NCBI GenBank assembly: GCA_002245135.1
Contig: NGBS01000309.1
Span: 62,001 to 109,903 of the forward strand
Reading direction: 5' to 3'
DNA: 47,903 bases
From: Proteromonas lacertae
Lineage: Eukaryota
The position numbers were made by a program, and so were the translations under genes. The notes under the pieces were generated by a model, which was not told the origin of the DNA, did not search any database, and was given only the letters and a program-made list of their open reading frames with translations. Every line of letters starts with the position of its first letter. Positions within the stretch are counted from its first letter, which is position 1. Shown here piece after piece: positions 12,743 through 23,297 of this stretch.

Positions 12743-14353
12743 TTACTTTTTTCTGAGCAAAGTTAATCTCAGTAATGTAAAATGAATGCAACTAGATACT
12801 CTATGAAGATTATAAATAATCTATAAGATATGATATATATACACAAAACTTTCTTGTGAATCTAATACTTCCAACATCCTCTTACACATTTTCTTGTCTA
12901 ATATACTTTTATCATCATTCACACAATTCATAGAACAAATTTCATAAAATGTGTCAATTGTAACTACAGGATGATACCTAATAGAAATCATAAATATATC
13001 AACACAAGTCATGAAATAAACTTTACTAAACTGATCTATAGAATTTAAATATGCTAGTGCATTTTGTATAATTACTAAGAACAATGATGTTTTATTCCCA
13101 TCTTGATTTGGCCAATGATTTTTCATGTATTTCAATAACTATACATACAATAATAATCTATATAACATACTACTAATGAATAATGAAAATCATAATTTAA
13201 GTAATCATTCAATATATTCCCTAAATTATCACAAAATGAACTAAAATTTGATATTTTTATAAAAGGTAATATATATCTTTTATATAAACGAGTTAAAGTT
13301 TCTTTATCAATAATTGTATCATTATGAAATGTAAATCTATACAAATTTAAATAACATATTTTTATACACATCAAAAAGAGATAATAATCTGTTTAATCCA
13401 TCTACTTTTTCTATTTCATTTGTTTTATCTTTCTTAATATATAACAGTTCTAATAATCTATTTAATAATTCAGTGAATAAAGACTTTCTAAAGTTGGATA
13501 TTCTTCTATACATACTATCTATCACATCTTTTATTTGATCTCCTTCATTAGTATTACAATTTGTTATAAATTCATATAGTCTTTTTATTAATGTTTTTGT
13601 TGATTGATTATCTAATAATGATATTTGACTATAGAAAGTAGAGTTATTTACTATTTTTAATAACATCAGTTTAGTATTCATCCATAGATCATTAAATATT
13701 GGCGATATAATAAGTTCATTTTCATCTTTAGCAAACTCTATATCTTTGTCAAAAAATGATAATATTTTATTCTCTTTTAGTTTCACTATTTTCGATGTTT
13801 CAAAGTTGATTGATTCAAAAATCGTGCTTACTATATCAAAACATTTATTTGTAATATTGGACATTAATAGAAATCTTGAATTATCGTTTAATAATATATT
13901 CACTTGTGTTATGCTTTGTATTATGTCATGTACAATTATAGTCTTTGAAAGATTTCCAACTTGAAGCTTTGAATTGATATTATCTAAACATCCATATATC
14001 AGCATCATTGAAGCATTGCAATTAATGTTTTGGCGAGCGTTTTGACTACAAGATCTATTTCGAAAATGGGTTGGAGGTGTTAATTGAATGTTTTCTGGTA
14101 TTTCATCCGATAAAGATGATCTCCTCAATTTTCTTCTATGATTTAATGTACGAGGTTGTGGTGGGGATTGAAAGTATGGTTTACGAGGAGATGTATCATT
14201 AAAACTGTTAGCTTTAATCAGAGGTGGTCTAGGTGGTGTAGAAATTGATTCCATTTTATCTGCTGCTGAATCTGAGGATGAATACTGGATTTTAGGCAAG
14301 TGTAACTTTTCATCTTCCTTAACTACTCGATGAGATAATCCTTTTGCCAACAT
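12743..14353 (-). CDS. Divergent PP2A regulatory subunit B' (B56)-like protein
   Basis: ORFs 13337-14353, 13132-13374 and 12821-13135 joined by short introns. Ser/Pro-rich N-terminus, then B56-like segments 'E..QIKDVIDSMYRRISNFRKSL', 'GLNRLLSL', 'ILP', 'HYSLVVC' and 'KNHWP..DGNKTSLFL'. Confidence 0.55.
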
Positions 14354-14485
14354 AAAATGAAAATTCTACAAAGAAATCCCAATTATATGATTATTATTCA
14401 ACAATATGATGAAATTTGAATTTCCTTAATAAAATAATTATCAAACTTTTGCTTGATACTCTATTTTGAGTAATTAAAAATACTT

Positions 14486-14751
14486 ATGAATAGAGGTAAA
14501 GAAAAACCAAAACCAGAAGTGTATCGTCCTCCTGTAATGAAGTATAGGAAAGATATAGGGAAATATCTTGTTAAAAAAGTAAGTATTATCATTTATGTTA
14601 ATAGAGTAAACCAGAAGAAAGAATGATGAGAGAAAAACAAGCAATAAAAGATAATGTTCCTAAATCAATATGTAATGGACTTTATTTATCGCTATTACTA
14701 GGATCTATTTGGATTATATTCATAGCTATTGTATATATCGCTTTAAAGTAA
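14486..14751 (+). CDS. Small (79 aa) tail-anchored membrane protein, not in the ORF track
   Basis: Exon 14486-14578, 26-nt GT-AG intron 14579-14604, exon 14605-14751. Gives MNRGKEKPKPEVYRPPVMKYRKDIGKYLVKKSKPEERMMREKQAIKDNVPKSICNGLYLSLLLGSIWIIFIAIVYIALK*, with a C-terminal TM helix. Confidence 0.65.
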
Positions 14752-14862
14752 TTTAACGAGTAAATATTGTAATTATATGTTGTTTCATACACAATAAACA
14801 CATAAATCAAAATGACATGAAAGATTTAAATTACAAATAATAAATACTTCCACAACACATAT

Positions 14863-16550
14863 TTATTCTGGGAATATTTGTTCACCAGTCTTTATATCGA
14901 TTAATTCAGAAGGAGATAATACAGGTTGTTCATATGTAAACTGTTTAGGAGGGAAATCTACTTCAAATTCCTCAGAAGTACCTTCATATACTTTATTATT
15001 ATCATTTGGATCATAAAATTCAGATTCACTATATACAACTTGAACATCATCATATCTCTTATAAGGTAGAATTAAATCAACAATTTCACTAATTCCTGGT
15101 ACAGATGGTGGTGTCTGTGGTTTTTCCACCTCTTGCTGTTTAACAACAATATCTTCTTCATTTCCTTCGCCATTTATCACAAATTCAGTTGAATCTTCCA
15201 ACATGTATAAATCATTTATATCTCTTTCATCATATCTATATTTAGGTAGTATTAAATCAATTTCTTCACTTATTCCTGGTATTTGTTTATTATGAATCTC
15301 TTCTTCATCTTCTACATACAATACTTCACCAGTTTTCATATCTATATATTCAGATGGAATTACACTCACTTCAATATTATCATATTTATTATGTGATGGC
15401 AATATATATTCTACTTCTTCACTTATTCCAGGGATTGGCTTTATATTATCAGCTGGTTCATGCAGTTCTGTAGCATGTAATACGATTGAATCTTCTAATG
15501 GATTAACTTCTTCAGCTACATTCAAATCATCAACTATTGCATCATCTATTGTAATTACTTCTGATTTTTTCTCACCAACTTTTCCTTCTTCTTCTTCTTT
15601 TTCTTCTTCTTCTTTGTTTTCTTCTTCTTCATTTTTATCCCATCCTTCATCTTCTAGTGGAATATCATCATTATTGTTTATCATATCTAAAGCATCTTTT
15701 TCTTCATTATTCTCTTCAAATTCTTCTTTTTCTTTTTCTTCTTCATTCTCCTGGTTATTATTATTGTTATTGTCTGTATCATTTAAGCTTTTCTCTATTT
15801 CTTCTTCATCTACTTGCACATCAACATCCACTCTTTCACTTTCATAATCTTCCAACATTAAATTCTCTTCTGCTTCATCTACTAATCTTTCTTGCTCTTC
15901 TTCACTGATAGTTTGTCGCTTGTTTTCTAAAGGTGGTAATCTACTAGGATGGTCTGTATAATAATTCCTTTCTTCATCAGCTGAGAAATTAACAGATCGA
16001 TCATAATTGTGTAAAATTTTGGTACTTTTTGATTTCATTGGTGATAGTTTTCTTCTATTCTGGATTGGTATATTTTGCTTGAAACGAGACATTAAACTTA
16101 ATACTTTTTTATGATGTTCGTGATCTTTCTTCATTTTCTTCACATCGATGGTTGGTCTTGCTGTATCAATACGTCTTTGTAAAGCATAGTTTTGTTCTGT
16201 GATTTCTTTCAATACCTTCTTTCTTTTTATCCTATGTTGAGTTTTGATAGGCATTAACCTTCTCATTGTGTCATTATGTGAATCAAGAACATCGTGTGTT
16301 TTTATATAAGTAACTCTATCTAATAATACTCTATTTTCATATTCGATTCTGGAATAAAATGCTATAACACGATAAATAAATTGTATAAATTAAATATAAT
16401 CATACTGTCAAGATCTTGCTTCTTCTTTCGAAGTCTAACAGATTCATCCATAGTTCTTGGAGGTTTATTATCTATGAAAGCTTTCACATGTCTTAAACGA
16501 ATTTTATCCCTCTGATCTATTCTTCTTTGCATATACTCTTTAGTTAACAT
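14863..16550 (-). CDS. CFAP97/Hemingway (KIAA1430)-domain protein with long acidic, repeat-containing C-terminus
   Basis: Two exons (intron ~16361-16405). 'RLRHVKAFIDNKPP...KKKQ...RIEYENRVLLDRV...EITEQNYALQRRIDTARPTIDVKKMKKDHEHHKK' matches the CFAP97D-type domain pattern. Confidence 0.7.
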
Positions 16551-16824
16551 CTTTTTTAAAAATAACGAAAAATCAGTTACAAGTTTGAAAAAGGCTTGAT
16601 TCTTATTTTTTTAAATGTTTAATAATTCAGTCATATTATACTTAATAATGCTTAAAAACACTTGCAAAGTAATGAATGTTTTTTGTGAAACATTTTAAGA
16701 GGAAATGGTAAGTAATATTCTTAATTGTTGAAACTATTTTTAGAAAAAGAATGTGAAAATGAAATCTAGTGAAGATAAATAGGTAGTGGTAGAGATAGAA
16801 GGGGTGTTTTATGTTAATGTGATT

Positions 16825-16934
16825 ATCCCCAAAATTTGTCACACCTATTTTGGGTGATTTTTTCTTGATAAAAGGGTTTCCCAAAAGTTTTAGGGACTTT
16901 CACACAAAATGTGTGTGACAAAAAATTTGGGGAT
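16825..16934. repeat. Imperfect inverted repeat with clustered CCCAAA/TTTGGG motifs
   Basis: ATCCCCAAAATTTGTCACAC (16825-16844) pairs with GTGTGACAAAAAATTTGGGGAT (16913-16934), with further internal palindromic motifs. Confidence 0.6.
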
Positions 16935-17000
16935 TTTTTGGCACAATATCCCAAACAAAATTACTGTGATAAAGTATTAACATAAAGAATTAAATAATTT

Positions 17001-17378
17001 TCATTTTAAGGGGATATATTTATTTCTGTTAACATAACAGAGAGATGGAGAATCAGCTAAAGAAAATTGTTTATTACCATTCCACATATCATCTGTATAT
17101 GAATCTAGTTTTCTAATATTCATATGGTAATACTTCTTACCATCCTCATATTCTTCTGTTGTGAATGCTGCATCATAAGGCATGGTTAAATTGTAGTTGT
17201 TACTAATATGAGCAAGAACTTTCCGCTGAACGTTAATTCTCTTTGTGTCACTGCAGCGGAACAAGTTATAGCGGGATGTATATTGATCCACGCTTTTGTA
17301 GTATTTAACCAACACTAGTATAAAGTCTTCGCCTTTGCTAAGTCTATCTATTCTTCTTTGCTTTGTCTTTTTAGCCAT
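17001..17378 (-). CDS. Hypothetical protein (125 aa), no recognised domain
   Basis: Uninterrupted ATG-initiated ORF with protein-like composition and higher GC than its flanks. Confidence 0.5.
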   Translation of the reverse strand: MAKKTKQRRIDRLSKGEDFILVLVKYYKSVDQYTSRYNLFRCSDTKRINVQRKVLAHISNNYNLTMPYDAAFTTEEYEDGKKYYHMNIRKLDSYTDDMWNGNKQFSLADSPSLCYVNRNKYIPLK

Positions 17379-17798
17379 GAAAGCCTATGAATAACTATAA
17401 ATTATGAATTATATAAATACATTCAATTTTCGCAAGAAAAATCCAAATGAGCTTTAAAGTTACTATGAGTTTTATCACACTTATTGTCATTATTATTTTG
17501 GAGGAAAGGAGAGTGAATGTGATGGGAGTTGAACCGCTGATGGATGAATGGAAATGGTTTAACCTTCAACCACTGAGCCACATTAATCTGTTTCATTTTC
17601 CATATATCCAGTATATAAAGGATGATATTATTTACGTTGTATGAAAGATTCCCCTTATTTTTCAAACACCATATTTCATCAAACTTAGTTTGAATATTAA
17701 ATTTACATAATGAATTACTTTGTCAATGTATTTACTTGTTTTACACATTATGCACACTCTATATAAACAAATAAAAGATATAAAAAATAGAAAAAATT

Positions 17799-17870
17799 TG
17801 CGTTACCCGGGAATCGAACCCGGACCTCATGCTTGGAAGGCATAAATCCTAACCATTAGACCAATAACGC
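17799..17870 (-). tRNA. trnG-UCC: tRNA-Gly (TCC)
   Basis: Reverse complement GCGTTATTGGTCTAATGGTTAGGATTTATGCCTTCCAAGCATGAGGTCCGGGTTCGATTCCCGGGTAACGCA forms a cloverleaf with a GTTCGATTC T-loop and anticodon loop CT-TCC-AA. An oligo-T Pol III terminator follows. Confidence 0.96.
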
Positions 17871-18153
17871 TATTAAATTTACCTAAATTTCGATATATAA
17901 AGGCTTAAAATGATAAAAATTGAAAAATCTCATGATTGCATAGGTTAATGAACATAGAAATTAAAATATAAACAAAAAGAACATAATTACATTGTATTAT
18001 TATATCACTTTCTACTTAAATCCAGGTATTCAGAAAAATGATTATTTTTTATCCTCCCATAATTTAAAATCAAATAAACATATGAGTAAATATTACTAAA
18101 TCTCAATAATATCTGAAATTGAATGAGAGGGGGTATGATAAAAAGCGAAAAAG

Positions 18154-19757
18154 ATGTTTAGAGTTGCTGATTATTTTATTGTGGTTGGTGTGGATAGAAA
18201 TGGTATGAAATAATATAAAATATATTACAATATATAGACAGTGAAATAAATGCCAGTTCAGCCACTGCTACTATTGTTGATCGATATCCAAAAGTAGATT
18301 GGGAAGATAGTGAATTTCCTAGTGAAGTTTCTATGTTCTGTATGCCTCTAGGTGTTGATGTTGGGAAATATACACTAGAAGAAAGAAAACCTCGAATCTT
18401 TTTGTTCTCTCTGTGTTCATCGTATTATTGTGTATTTATAAAGTTTTTATTAGTCGTGGATCAAGGCGTTATGGAACTGCTTTGATGTTTTATGAAGAAT
18501 TCAACGGAAAGTACGGAGATGAGGATTATGAACAGTTATACAGTCCAATTACTCTATGTATTATTAGTCAACATCCATTTTACACATTCTTCAGCCAATA
18601 TCTTAGAGAACTATACCGTCTAACAATAGAAGGCAACGCAATTGATTTGTCAGAAAGTAATCAACAATTTTTATTCAACTTGAGGAGGGTAAGTGCAAAA
18701 CCAATATCCTTACTATACAGAAAAGATGGTACTGCTGACGAAGATGATGAAAAAGATAAAGATATTTTATCATCACCAAGAGATGAAAATAACAACATTC
18801 AAATTCCAGTGGAATGTTATATTTCCAACTTAATCAATGGGTATAGCAACAATGAAAATATTGAAGATGGTATATTAATCAAATATCATATTGGAAAGAG
18901 AGTAATGGAATGTATAAAACCACCTGTAGATACATCATTATCCTCAATCTTAGATGATGAATGTTATAGATCATTATTTCATATTTTATCAATAGAAAAT
19001 ATAATTACAATCTATGAGCATTTATTATTACAACATAAAATCATATTTCATAGTAAACAAATGGAGAATTTGACTTTAATAAGTGAATGTCTATTGAACT
19101 TATTATATCCACTTAATTGGACAATGTGCTATGTATCTTTATTGCCTTTACAGTTAATTCAATGTTTAGAAAGTCCATTTCCTTATTGTATAGGTGTTCA
19201 TAGTTGTTTTTTAGATACAGATATAGCTACAGAATGTGTTGAAAATTGTGTTATTGTTTATTTGGACAGTAATATGGTTACTATTCCTAGTTCAATGAAG
19301 AAAGAGAATATAACTCATTTACCTAATGAATTGATTAATATTTTAATATCTAATCTTAAAGAAAGTACTCCCAAACCAATGATAACAGTGTTAGAAGAGA
19401 ATATTGATAATAATTATGTAATTTTTGATGTGATTTTTGGACCAGGGAAAATTGGTATAAAATTCTCCACTACTTCCTGTATTCTACATGAAGAAGACAC
19501 TAAAAAGGTAAAATGTATTCAAGTAGTGGGATTTGAAAAATATGGTGATGATGAAAAATCATTAAGTCCAGCTGAGAAATGTGGTAGTATAACCACAGAT
19601 TCAATATTAATAGCAATTAATGGGAAAAGTGTAATAAATGTACCAATCGACAAGATAATTGAAATGTTGAAGACATTACCAAGACCTGTAGTGTTGAGAT
19701 TTCAAATTGGAATAAGACCAAAATCAATGATTTCATCTACAACAAATACAGAAGAAG

Positions 19758-19802
<45 letters not shown>

Positions 19803-21784
19803 TACAACAACAACAAATGATACTTCACCAAATTCTTCTACTATAACACCAACTACTCCAATGACAATACACTCATCTGGTTCATCATCATCATTATTAC
19901 CATCTCCACCTGCTATAAGTGTAACAAGTAATACTAACTCACCACTACCTCCACTAGTACCATCATCTAATCGAAATCTTCATAATAATAATCATCCGCC
20001 ATTTTCATCACATTCTTCTTCAAATATTAATTCATTATCATCACCTTCTACTAATACATCTACATCTTCTATAACATCTACAACTCCTAAAGATGGAAAT
20101 GATGATGATGAAGATCCACATCATCATCATCATCATCACAAACATGGTGGTGCTGGACATCATAGACAAAGATCATCAGTAGTAGGAAATAGTTATTTAT
20201 TCTCAGAAAATTTTCAAAGAGAATCTTTGGGTTGATAAAGTGAGAAGTGTGTTTTTGTATATAATGATACAATTATTAGGTGATTATGAGCAATTTATTA
20301 TTAGAGACAAAGATGATCCTAAATATCCATTTGATAGTGATAAATATTTATCTAGTATTAGTAATAATAAATCTAAATTCTTATTTATGCAACAATTGAA
20401 AGATACTCAATCATTTACTTCATTTATTGAAGATCATTTGAATGAAGTGATTGATCCAGATTTAAAGTCTTTTATTACATTTTCTAGAGAAGTTTTAAAT
20501 AATAATAATAATAATAATAATACATCAAATACAACACCAACTCCAACTACTCCATCACCAAGAGAACCAACAGAAAATGACTTAGAGAATAATAATAATT
20601 CAACAACAAAGACTCACAGAAGAAGGAATTCGTTATTAGCTGCTTTTCAAGATTCTGATTCTAATTCTTCTTTTTCTTCTACAACTAATGGTAATGGTGA
20701 AAGAAGAGGTAGAAAGTCATCTATTGCCAATCTTTTTGGCTTAGGATCTAATAGCAGTAGTAATAACAATCTTGCAATGGAACAACATAAACAATCCATT
20801 GATACAATATATGAGAAGATTAATAGACTGAATTGGAAAATTAAACTATATGAAGTGGCAAGATATAAAGTTTGAACAATTACAATCGTTTATTTCAAAT
20901 AAGAATGTAAAAATTGAGATTCCAATAGTTGGAGTATTTCCACGATTCAATTACCAATTATTTGATAGTATTAAAAGGAAAGATGTAGAATTTAAACCAT
21001 TCACAAGCAATATTAAAGATATAGAAATAAAACGTAATAAATCTCAAACTATTGAAATGTTATTGAGTAGTGATAAATCTAGTTCAATAAGTGGTTCTGA
21101 TACTGTTATGAATGACAAAGGTGATAGAAATAGTAGTGGAAGCAGTAGTATTGTTGATGGAAAGAGTGTAGCTGTAGTTAAGTCAAGATATTCATTGAAT
21201 TTTAACTTTCAATTTCAAAAAGAGTTATGTATATAATTTTTTATATTTATTTTTTTATGTTATAGACTGTATTACAAAAGAATATAGATGAGAAAAAGGA
21301 AAAAGAAGATAAAGAAAAAATAGAAGAAGAGGATGAAAATATGATGTATTTAGGAGGAAATAACAATATGAATGTGAAGGATAAATCTAAAGTAAATAAC
21401 AGTAATAATAATAATGATATATTCAGTAAAGGAACTAAGTTTTTCAAATCAATGAATATATTCAAACAAAAACCCAATGATAGTTCGCCCAATGATATTG
21501 CTGTAATTAATGAGAAGAAAGATGATAACGTTAATAATGGAAATGAGAAAGAAGATATTGAAGAAGAAGAAGAAAAACATGATAAAGTGGTAGTGAAAGA
21601 AGAATTGACAAGAGATGATAAACCAAAGGAAGAACTACAGGAAGAGGAAAAACCAAAGAGTAGCAGTAAATCTAAGGATAAACATAGACATAAACTTAGA
21701 TCAGAAGAAGTTGAAAAAGAATTAGAAAAATCATCTGAAAAGAAGAAGTCTAAATTCTTATTTAACATGTTTAAAAAGAAGTAA
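18154..21784 (+). CDS. DENN-domain Rab GEF (uDENN-DENN-PDZ-dDENN), carrying three apparent 1-nt frameshifts in this assembly
   Basis: MFRVADYFIVVG, 'DRYPKVDWED..FP..VSMFCMPLG', 'RRYGTALMFYE', 'LCIISQHPF', 'LLYPLNW..CYVSLLP..L...LESPFPYCIGVHS'; PDZ 'GKIGIKF...SPAEKCG..TDSILIAING'; dDENN 'LLGDY...F....Y......FM..L..TQSF..FI'. Frame breaks at ~19801, ~20230 and ~20831. Confidence 0.88.
19760..19801 (+). repeat. (ACT)14 coding microsatellite (poly-Thr)
   Basis: Read directly from the sequence; coincides with a frame break in the DENN gene. Confidence 0.9.
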
Positions 21785-21913
21785 TAGCATATTATAACAA
21801 AATTTAATTACTATTTACACCAAAAAGTATTTGTTTGTAGAGAAAATAAAGAGAAATAATACTGTAGGTTTGATTACTGTTTGATTTTGGATTTTTAATT
21901 TTTGTTGATTTCT

Positions 21914-23068
21914 ATGCAGTCGTTTGCTAAAAAGCTAACATCATCTTTTGGAATTGTATTTGATATAAGTGGTGTGCTAATGAATGGAAAATCAGTCATT
22001 CCAGGTGCTGTAGAGTCATTGAAGCTGTTGAAAGAAAAACAGTATGTTTATTTATCTCATTTTATATTAGTGTACCATACATATTTGTTACTAATGGTGG
22101 TGGTGTATTAGAATCAAAGAAAGCACAATCACTCTCAAAATCACTAAATTTCCCTGTTTCTGATAATCAGATATTATTGTGTCACACACCATACAAAGGA
22201 TTGGTGGATAAATACAAGGATTCTAGAGTTTTAGTATTAGCATAGATTTTATTATTTTGTGAAATAGGTAATAGGTGGAGAAGATTCACTACAAGTAGCT
22301 AAAGAATATGGTTTCAAGAAAGCATGTTGTACTCAAGAATATATCCAAGAACATCCTCATTTAAATCCATTCAGCGAGTATAAAGAGATATATGGTCCAT
22401 ATTCAACTGAATCAATCAGTGCAATAATGATCTATACAGATTCATATGATTGGCATCCTGATGTACAAGTTTGTATTGATTTATTATGTAATGGTGATGT
22501 TAGTTGTATAATTTCTAACAAATTATATTTATAATGATAGTACCAGGTATTAAACAAGCAATACCTATATATCAATCTAATGAGAATTTATTATTCTCTA
22601 CTGACTATCCAATTCCACGATTAGCAGCTGGATCTTTTACAATATGTTTGAAGACACTGTTTAGACAGTTCACTGGGAATGAATTGGATGTAATTACCTA
22701 TGGTAAACCAACAAAAATCACGTATGAATATGCTGAGCATATGTTGAACGGATTTAATGAAAAACCTGTATTGTTGTGATTATTTTATTGTAATTTTAAT
22801 AGTTACAAAGATTTTATGGTATTGGTGATAATCCTGAGAGTGATGTAAAAGGTGCAAACGATGCTGGGAAGAATTGGACTTCTGTTTTAGTATATCCTTT
22901 TTACGTGCAATATGAAGCACATATAAATGTGGTATGACTTAATAAATATTCAATCAAACTGGTATATTCCAAGGATCTGGGAATGATAGTCATTATCCTG
23001 CTGGAATAGTCTGTGATAATGTACAAGATGCAGTGATTGAAATTCTGAAGAAAGAAAACTTAATTTAA
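21914..23068 (+). CDS. HDHD5: HAD-superfamily class IIA hydrolase, HDHD5/CECR5-like
   Basis: Multi-exon. 'FGIVFDISGVL..GK.VIPGA..SLKLL', 'FVTNGGG..E', 'CHTPY', 'PRLAAGSF', 'YGKP..ITYEYA', 'YGIGDNPESDVKGAN..G.WTSVLVQTGIF'. Confidence 0.9.
22892..22953 (+). other. Putative U12-type (minor spliceosome) AT-AA intron
   Basis: 5' end ATATCCTTT (U12 donor consensus) and a branch-like GACTTAAT ~11 nt from the 3' end. Removing the 62 nt restores conserved W-T-S-V-L-V-Q-T-G; no in-frame AG acceptor is available. Confidence 0.7.
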
Positions 23069-23297
23069 AAATATATTTTGTGTTTATGATTTTGACAATT
23101 TACTAATACTTCGATATTTAGGGGGTTTATGAAGTATTTATCACAGAAATGCTGTGTAATGAATAAATTAGCTTATAAATAGCAGCATTTGATTGTGTTG
23201 GACTTTGTGATTTTACCAATTTCAAATCTATTTTGACCAGTGTTTCGATACAAAAGTTTAATCCTGTGTTATTCGTTTTTAAGAAGAATAATCAGCA

